Source: Candidatus Heimdallarchaeota archaeon (GTDB lineage: Archaea; Asgardarchaeota; Heimdallarchaeia; Heimdallarchaeales; Heimdallarchaeaceae). Taken from it: a stretch of 64,000 nucleotides of DNA. The position numbers and the translations under genes are program-made. Each line of letters begins with the position of its first letter. The stretch's first letter is position 1. Of the stretch, positions 57,581 to 64,000 are shown piece after piece. The notes below the pieces were generated by a model, which was not told where the DNA came from, did no database searches, and saw only the letters and a list, made by a program, of their open reading frames with translations. The stretch lies in contig JAHLWR010000011.1 in assembly GCA_019057815.1 (NCBI GenBank), forward strand, positions 32,001 through 96,000, read 5' to 3'.

Positions 57581-59446
57581 TCACTCTCCAGATTTCATCT
57601 CCGATAACATTTGCTCAGGCATCATTTTACGTATCTCTGAGAAACGAGCAAAAACACGCCAGTAATCGACCGATTCTTTCAAAAGCTGGTCATGAATTCC
57701 GATAGCTTTGATAGTTCCTTGTTTTAAAACAATAATAATATCAGAATGCCGAATGGTAGACAATCTATGTGTAATGATGAAACTTGTTCTATCCTTAAGA
57801 ACTCGATTAATAGCAGTATTTATCTTATCTTCAGTTTCAGAATCGACAGCTGAACTAGCATCGTCGAAAACTAGAACTGTGGGATCAGCTAAAAGCATGC
57901 GAGCAATAGCTATCCTTTGTTTTTGACCACCGCTTAAAGTAGTTCCTCTTTCACCTACAATGGTCTTGTAACCTTTATCGAATTTAACAACAAATTCATG
58001 AGCTTGAGCCATTTTAGAAGCTTCAATGATTTCTTCTTCCTTTGCATCAGGTTTTCCATATGAAATATTATCTTTGACAGAAGCTGAAAACAATACTATT
58101 TCTTGTTCAATAACTCCGATATTTCGACGTATAGTATCGAGTGAAAGATTACGAATATCAACACCATCAATAGTAATACTACCAGAGCTAACATCATAAA
58201 GTCTGGTTAATAGTTTCATTAATGTTGTTTTCCCACAACCAGCAGGACCTACTATAGCAACACGGCTTCCAGAAGGAATGGAGAAAGAAACATCTTTGAT
58301 AACAAAAACGTTTCCATCATAGGAAAAAGAAACATTATTGAAATCTATATCACCCTTGACAGTATAAAGATTAGTAGGATTTACAGGCGCAGGAATAATA
58401 GTTTTTTTAGTAAGAATATCAGTGATTCTGCTAGCACCAGCAAAACCCATTTGAATTAAAACAAGCATCCACGACATAACCCAGATAGGGAAAAACAGGT
58501 TCCCAGCTAGTAATGAGTATGCAACTAGTTCACCTATTCCGAATTGTCCTGCGCCTACTCCCCAGTCTATTAGAAGACTTCCCCATACTATTGTTGCTCC
58601 CACGCCTATTCCTACAAACAGAGCTGGATAGTATTTTGATCTTAGCTTCCCTCTTTTGATTATTTCTTTGGATAATTTAGTATTCTTTTCTCTGAATGAT
58701 ACTCTTTCAAAAGGCTCTCGAGCGAATGTTTTGATTACACTTATTCCTAGTAGTTTTTCTTGTAGATACGAAGATAGTGTTGAATAAGATTCTTGAATCT
58801 GCATTGATATAGGTCCTACTGACTTGTAGAATCTTCTTGCAAAGAATACTATGGGAAAAGTAATCAATAAAGGCATTAGTAAAAGCACTGGCATATTGTT
58901 CCAATATGGAGTTATGATGAACATCCCAATAATTGCGAATAAAACCCCGAATATTGCTGCATAAATCAGATGTATCACTGGGTTGACGAAGAAATTGACC
59001 ATTCTTGTGTCAAAAGTTGCTCTCGCCATAACATCTCCTTGTTTAACCTCATCATGAAAAGTCATACTTTTTGATAACATTGAAGCATAATACTCATTTC
59101 TAATATCTCTCTCCACTCTTTGTGATGTTACTTCTATTAACAGACTCGAACCGAAACTTGCAATCCCACCAGTTATAGTGAGCATTAAAATTATGTATGC
59201 TAATCTTTTAATTACCTCCCATGAACTATTATCAGCTATAATTTCATTAATTAAATCACCCATTAATAGAGGTGTAATAGTCCCAACTGCAGCGCTTATT
59301 GTTGCTGCTAGAAAGAACAACAACAGCATTTTTTTATGTGCTAGTACATGACTAAAAACCCATTTTAGATGGCTTTTTTTACTATATTTATCCATAACAG
59401 AATCGTAAAATTCTCCTGTTGGAAGTACACTTTCACTAGCAGTCAT
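57581..59446 (-). CDS. ABC exporter, TMD+NBD (heterodimer subunit A, degenerate Walker B)
   Basis: GPAGCGKTT, LSGGQKQR and VFDDASSA motifs. Confidence 0.93.
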   Translation of the reverse strand: MTASESVLPTGEFYDSVMDKYSKKSHLKWVFSHVLAHKKMLLLFFLAATISAAVGTITPLLMGDLINEIIADNSSWEVIKRLAYIILMLTITGGIASFGSSLLIEVTSQRVERDIRNEYYASMLSKSMTFHDEVKQGDVMARATFDTRMVNFFVNPVIHLIYAAIFGVLFAIIGMFIITPYWNNMPVLLLMPLLITFPIVFFARRFYKSVGPISMQIQESYSTLSSYLQEKLLGISVIKTFAREPFERVSFREKNTKLSKEIIKRGKLRSKYYPALFVGIGVGATIVWGSLLIDWGVGAGQFGIGELVAYSLLAGNLFFPIWVMSWMLVLIQMGFAGASRITDILTKKTIIPAPVNPTNLYTVKGDIDFNNVSFSYDGNVFVIKDVSFSIPSGSRVAIVGPAGCGKTTLMKLLTRLYDVSSGSITIDGVDIRNLSLDTIRRNIGVIEQEIVLFSASVKDNISYGKPDAKEEEIIEASKMAQAHEFVVKFDKGYKTIVGERGTTLSGGQKQRIAIARMLLADPTVLVFDDASSAVDSETEDKINTAINRVLKDRTSFIITHRLSTIRHSDIIIVLKQGTIKAIGIHDQLLKESVDYWRVFARFSEIRKMMPEQMLSEMKSGE

Positions 59447-59612
59447 TGCTTCTGTCTCCTTCTAAAGCTTAATTTTTGTCTGATTTAAAGATTTATTTTG
59501 AAAACTTCTTTGTTACAGCTTTCTTTTAAAAGATATTTTAAACCTACCTTTTTCGCACAAAATGGTTTTAATATAAAAAGAATTGATTTTCAGCGAAAAA
59601 AGAGAGTGGATT

Positions 59613-60616
59613 TTATTGTATTAGCCATATTTCTATTATACCTTCAATCATTTGCAGAATATCTACCCCAGAACCTACCAATTTTAATGGGGCAACTGTT
59701 TCTTTCAGAAATGCTGAGTCCCTTTTCGCAACAAGTATATAGGAGTTACTCCTTGCTATGTCATCAAAGTTTAAGGTTACATTCAATCCATCTTTGTTTT
59801 TCAGAACTATTTTGTATCCTTGTCCTATTAAGTCATCATTAATTATATAATGTGGATCATCAACAGGTTCTCCTCCATCTATTATTGAAATAAAAATCCA
59901 TAATCCCACTCCTTCGTAGATGTGAGTTCTATCACCATCAACTATCTCGTATGTTTGTCTATGAAGATACGTTCCACAGTACATAGATGCTTCAAAAATA
60001 GGTAGATTTATACACTACTATTAGTTAAACCGTAAAGATTTACACTCCAGATGCTACTTGATATGTTCATTTCAATTTTGATTACTTCCTTCACCCATAG
60101 TTGTCCATCAGATACATAACCGTCATCTGATAGAAAACCTATTCTTAGCGGACCTCCTCCTAGTATTACTTCATCTATTTCTTCAAAGATCAGCATCATC
60201 TCAAAGCTTTGAACCCCCAGTTCTACACCTGTTACATTGTCATAAGCTGTAACAAGCCCATTAACCATTGAATAAGAATAGGTCATTTTATACCCATCAT
60301 CTGCTATAACTGTAAGTTCCTGTGTTTCATTCAATCCTCCTAAGCTTTCTAGAAGTTCTCTAACAGGTACTCCCTTATAATCATTAGGACCAACAATTAT
60401 TCCTGATGTCTTCTTGTATCCTCCAGAAGAGATAATGCTTTTTGAGTGTGTTTTTATGTCATCCATTGTGAAAGTAATTGTATCGCTTCCATTAGTAATG
60501 GTTAATACTATCTCTTCTTGTTGTGGAGGTTTTAATCCAAAGTATAATCCAAATCCTACGCCTGTAACAATAACAGCTGATAATAGAGAGACTATAATTA
60601 TCCTCTTATTCAACAT
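59613..60616 (-). pseudogene. Membrane-anchored protein with tandem molybdopterin-oxidoreductase-like domains, split by a frameshift near 60011
   Basis: Both ORFs share YxGV...GY...PL(R/K)...(V/I)..(V/I)..I motifs. Removing 2 nt at AGTAGT[GT]ATAAAT joins them as ...TNSSINLPIFEASMYC.... Confidence 0.65.
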
Positions 60617-60732
60617 TATGTAGGTGTTAGAATAAAGATTATATAAAGATTGTACAATTTGTTATAACAGAGCAAAACAATTAATATAGTAAGTGAATAG
60701 TCCGTAACTCTCAATTTGAATTGTAACACGAA

Positions 60733-61998
60733 GTGAAAAAAATGGAAAAAAAGAGGTTAGTGATGTCTTTAGCTATTACTGTGCTCATTCTTAGTACTAT
60801 TGCCACAATAGCTTATTTCAGCGTAAAGAACTACAGTACTTCCCCAATTGAACTTGAAGTCTGGTTTACTTATGAAGGAGGAGATATAATTAAAGAAAAA
60901 GTAGCAAACTTTGAGAATCTTCATCCTGACATCTCCATAAAATTCCATGAACAACCATCATCTGGATGGGTTGACAAGTTTGTTAGTGTAGCGCAAACTG
61001 GTGAATCACCAGATGTCTTTCTAGCAAAAGGATCATGGTTTGGTGAACTAGCTACTCTAGGGTACATCTACTCATTAACCGATTTTATATCTCCTACTTT
61101 GGAATCTTCCTTTCTTCCTTTTTCAATAACAAGTTTAACTTATGAGAATGAATTATGGGGGTTGCCTTTATGGTTAGATTCGATATTACTGTTTTATAAT
61201 AAAGACCTCTTCAATCAGAATGGTTTGGAATATCCTACAGCTAATTGGACTGAAATTGATATGATTTTTGCAGCTAAAAACCTTACTGATTTATCAGAGA
61301 CTCAAAGATACGGATTGGCGTGGAGCACGCTGTCTCCTTATATGTGGCCAGCTTTTCAATATGGATATGGACACGGTCCTCTTTATCAGAATCAGACAAT
61401 TATCGTAAATGACACAGCTTCTGTTAGCGCAATGGAGTTTATTTTCAATCTTAAGTATGATAATATCTGTGTAGGTTATGATGATTGCAGTAGTGCTGCT
61501 ACCCAAGCTTTTCTTGAAAACAAAGCTTCAATGCTAATCTATGGAGGTTGGTTTGTTCCTGTTCTCAAGGATGTTGGGTTTAACTATGGTATTGAAATAC
61601 TCCCAAAAATATCTTCTACAGGTGAATTCATCTCCCCAATGGCTGAAGTAAAGGGATTTGGGATATCAAAAGACACTTTATATCCAGAAACATGTTTTGA
61701 ACTTATTTCCTATCTAACTTCAACAGAAACTCAACAAGAACTTGTTAATGAAGAATATAAAATTCCAACAAAAAATAATTTAATACTCTCTTCTACAGTG
61801 CAAAATAATCAAGACATCAAAAAACAAATTGAACAGATTTCACATAGCCAAAATTTTCCGCTCGACCCTATTTATGCAATTTACTCAGATTATATTAGAG
61901 CAGCTTTGCAATTTATATTGATAGATTTTCACGATATTCAAGAAACATTAAATGCAGCACAACAAAACATTGATGCTAATAGAGGTGTTGATGGCTGA
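60733..61998 (+). CDS. Sugar ABC transporter substrate-binding protein
   Basis: F...HPDI, PDVF, LWGLP, LFYNKDLF and KASM..G.W motifs. Confidence 0.9.
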   Translation: MKKMEKKRLVMSLAITVLILSTIATIAYFSVKNYSTSPIELEVWFTYEGGDIIKEKVANFENLHPDISIKFHEQPSSGWVDKFVSVAQTGESPDVFLAKGSWFGELATLGYIYSLTDFISPTLESSFLPFSITSLTYENELWGLPLWLDSILLFYNKDLFNQNGLEYPTANWTEIDMIFAAKNLTDLSETQRYGLAWSTLSPYMWPAFQYGYGHGPLYQNQTIIVNDTASVSAMEFIFNLKYDNICVGYDDCSSAATQAFLENKASMLIYGGWFVPVLKDVGFNYGIEILPKISSTGEFISPMAEVKGFGISKDTLYPETCFELISYLTSTETQQELVNEEYKIPTKNNLILSSTVQNNQDIKKQIEQISHSQNFPLDPIYAIYSDYIRAALQFILIDFHDIQETLNAAQQNIDANRGVDG

Positions 61999-64000
61999 AA
62001 TTACAAAAAAAAAAGAAACTATTTGTATTTTCTTTAACTTTTCTAACACTTTTCTTGGTTTCTACGCTACTCACAACCGCTAATCCTCTAGAAGGGGATA
62101 GAGTAAACTTCTTTCCAGATCTTGATTTTTCAATTGTTGAAATCAAAGATAGGTATGTAATTTTGAATTGGAGTTTACAAACTGAGGTAAATTATAATTC
62201 ATTTCAAATAGACCTTTATTCAGATAAAACTAATCAAACAACAATTTGGTCTTTTATTTCTTTAAATCACTTTTCTGCAAATTTTGAAGAAGATTTTTCT
62301 ATAGTGAATTATACTCTTTCATCAGAAATTTTCAGAGCAGAAAAAATATCAACATCAAACTTCACAGTATATTCAGTTCCTTATAATGCAGAAAGTGTCC
62401 AAGTAAAAGTAACAGGATTAATTCCAGAAGAGAGTTATCTTCTAAAAATATCAATATCAAACATTACTTTTGTTGAAGGGATGGTTCCTTCAGTAATTGT
62501 TAGTTCTAGCTCTATTATATGGTCATCTTTTTTATTTCAAACTCTTTCAAGTATTCAACAAGCTTCTGTGCATTCTAGAACTGCAACTGTTGTATCACTT
62601 CTGATAATTATTCTAGTTTTTCTCATCTTATTTGCTTTTATTGCTAAAAAGGACATTCCATTTAATAAGATAGCATACATCTTTATTTTTCCAGCACTTT
62701 TTGCTTTAGCGTTACTTGAAGTGTACCCTATACTCTATGGGTTTGTTTTGTCTTTTACTTCATATAGCCTAGAAAGAGGAGAGACTCCAATTTTCAACGC
62801 TTTTGAAAATTATGCATATATCTCACAAAACCCTCATCTTTCAATAACTCTTACAACTACTTTAGTTTGGAGTACAGTTATTATTTTCTTCAAATTACTT
62901 TCTGGTTTTTTAATCGCATACTTTATACAATACAAAGTAAAAAGAAAGAAATTGTGGTACCTATCTATCTATATTCCGTGGGCAATACCTGCTTACATTA
63001 AAATATTATCTTGGCGTAGTTTCTTTCATGGAAATGCAGGTTATTCGCTTTTTAATTTGTTATTTGGAACAAGTGTTAATTTTGTATCTCAACCGTATGT
63101 GACATTTTTTATAGCATCTTTTGTGGAAGTGATAGACTCTATTCCTTTAATTACAACGCTATTTTTAGGTGCTATGAGCAGTATACCTAAAGAATTAATG
63201 GATATTGCTGAAGTTGATCAGATTAATGAAAGATCAAGAATTAGGCATATTGTGCTACCTTTGATAAAACCCGTAATGTTACCTGTACTAATACTTGAAA
63301 TAATAAAGGCTTTTGGGAGTTTTAACGTGTCTTTCCTGCTGACAAGAGGATATCCCTTGCTTCCTTATGGCACAAATGAGGCAGGAGTTGTCGGAGCAAC
63401 AGATCTTTTTAGCACATTCACTTTTTACATGTTTTATCAGAGAAGAGAAGTAGGAATCTCTGCTGCTTACTCAACTATTATGAGCCTTTTAACACTTTTT
63501 TTTGTTTTAATCTGGATTAAAATGTCGAAGGGGACACAAAGTACTTTCCGTCCAACAAAAATCAAACAGAAAAAGAAAAATCAATTTATTATAGCTTTTG
63601 TATTATTTAGTCAGAGCATTGGATACTTCCTTGCAACAACCTTTAATTTTCGTTATTTTGGTATTTATTGGAATAAAACAATTAGCTACACAATTGCAGC
63701 TTCATTGTTAATATGTGCAATTCTTATAGTCTCAAAGAAGGATAGAAGCTGGAAAATTTTCTCGATCATTATTGCACTTGATTTAATTTTATCATTATCA
63801 CAATTCTTCTTTTATCAAATGTGGTTTGCTTTTAACTGGAATATATTTATTTCTGGAGTGATTTTCTACGTTATCAAAAATAACAATGTTTTGAACGATA
63901 CTAAAATTGGCTCCAAAAGTATTTCTAAAATAAAAGTGGGGATAATTAAAGTAAAAAGGCAAATATTGTCTTCATTAAATCGTTTAGATGAAAAATTCGT
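61995..64000 (+). CDS. Sugar ABC permease (MalF-like) with large extracellular N-domain; runs off the window
   Basis: Open frame from CTG 61995, or from ATG 61991 if the A10 run has one extra base. Contains AYIFIFPALFALALLEVYPILYGFVLSFT, PWAIP and the EAA-like loop SIPKELMDIAEVD. Confidence 0.85.
   Translation, partial: MKLQKKKKLFVFSLTFLTLFLVSTLLTTANPLEGDRVNFFPDLDFSIVEIKDRYVILNWSLQTEVNYNSFQIDLYSDKTNQTTIWSFISLNHFSANFEEDFSIVNYTLSSEIFRAEKISTSNFTVYSVPYNAESVQVKVTGLIPEESYLLKISISNITFVEGMVPSVIVSSSSIIWSSFLFQTLSSIQQASVHSRTATVVSLLIIILVFLILFAFIAKKDIPFNKIAYIFIFPALFALALLEVYPILYGFVLSFTSYSLERGETPIFNAFENYAYISQNPHLSITLTTTLVWSTVIIFFKLLSGFLIAYFIQYKVKRKKLWYLSIYIPWAIPAYIKILSWRSFFHGNAGYSLFNLLFGTSVNFVSQPYVTFFIASFVEVIDSIPLITTLFLGAMSSIPKELMDIAEVDQINERSRIRHIVLPLIKPVMLPVLILEIIKAFGSFNVSFLLTRGYPLLPYGTNEAGVVGATDLFSTFTFYMFYQRREVGISAAYSTIMSLLTLFFVLIWIKMSKGTQSTFRPTKIKQKKKNQFIIAFVLFSQSIGYFLATTFNFRYFGIYWNKTISYTIAASLLICAILIVSKKDRSWKIFSIIIALDLILSLSQFFFYQMWFAFNWNIFISGVIFYVIKNNNVLNDTKIGSKSISKIKVGIIKVKRQILSSLNRLDEKF

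Noticed and set aside
1180-61506. Many short antisense or alternate-frame ORFs in the track (e.g. 1180-1497, 2354-2773, 16393-16842, 21041-21502, 22567-22980, 59498-59842)
   Set aside because: They overlap well-supported genes or intergenic signals and carry no motifs; treated as shadow ORFs.
1-64000. CRISPR array, rRNA genes, integrase or viral structural genes
   Set aside because: None seen on reading the sequence; a short degenerate array cannot be fully excluded without computation.

Overview
AT-rich archaeal DNA, most likely from an Asgard archaeon of the Heimdallarchaeia. This is inferred from actin homologues, a longin/uDENN-like gene, Alba, NucS, archaeal-type tRNAs with encoded CCA and many CASH/NosD surface proteins. 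Housekeeping content: a Zn/Mn ABC system with a DtxR regulator, albA, nucS, prepilin peptidase, RIO kinase, both tRNA-Gln genes, glnS, ileS, a corrinoid/MttB-family/homocysteine-methyltransferase set and ABC transporters. Mobile content: a solo tnpB IS200/IS605 element, a MITE plus a cargo-carrying relative, and an ~8.6-kb nuclease-rich island bracketed by two versions of the 3' part of an mttB-family gene. Main highlights: (1) a twice-repeated operon coupling an AT-hook + Yap-like bZIP-type protein to an actin gene, with palindromic and ACGT-core sites in both promoters; (2) the second actin, a canonical Asgard-type actin missed by the ORF track, is reduced to 137 bp by an internal deletion whose ~20-nt junction reads as actin in two frames; (3) a true glutaminyl-tRNA synthetase, an enzyme archaea normally lack, carrying an archaeal GluRS-type N-domain and sitting beside tRNA-Gln genes with A37; (4) apparent replacement of the mttB 3' end by an island; (5) a structured ileS leader and a GVHH-type IleRS. 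All family assignments are by motif recognition only; no searches were run.
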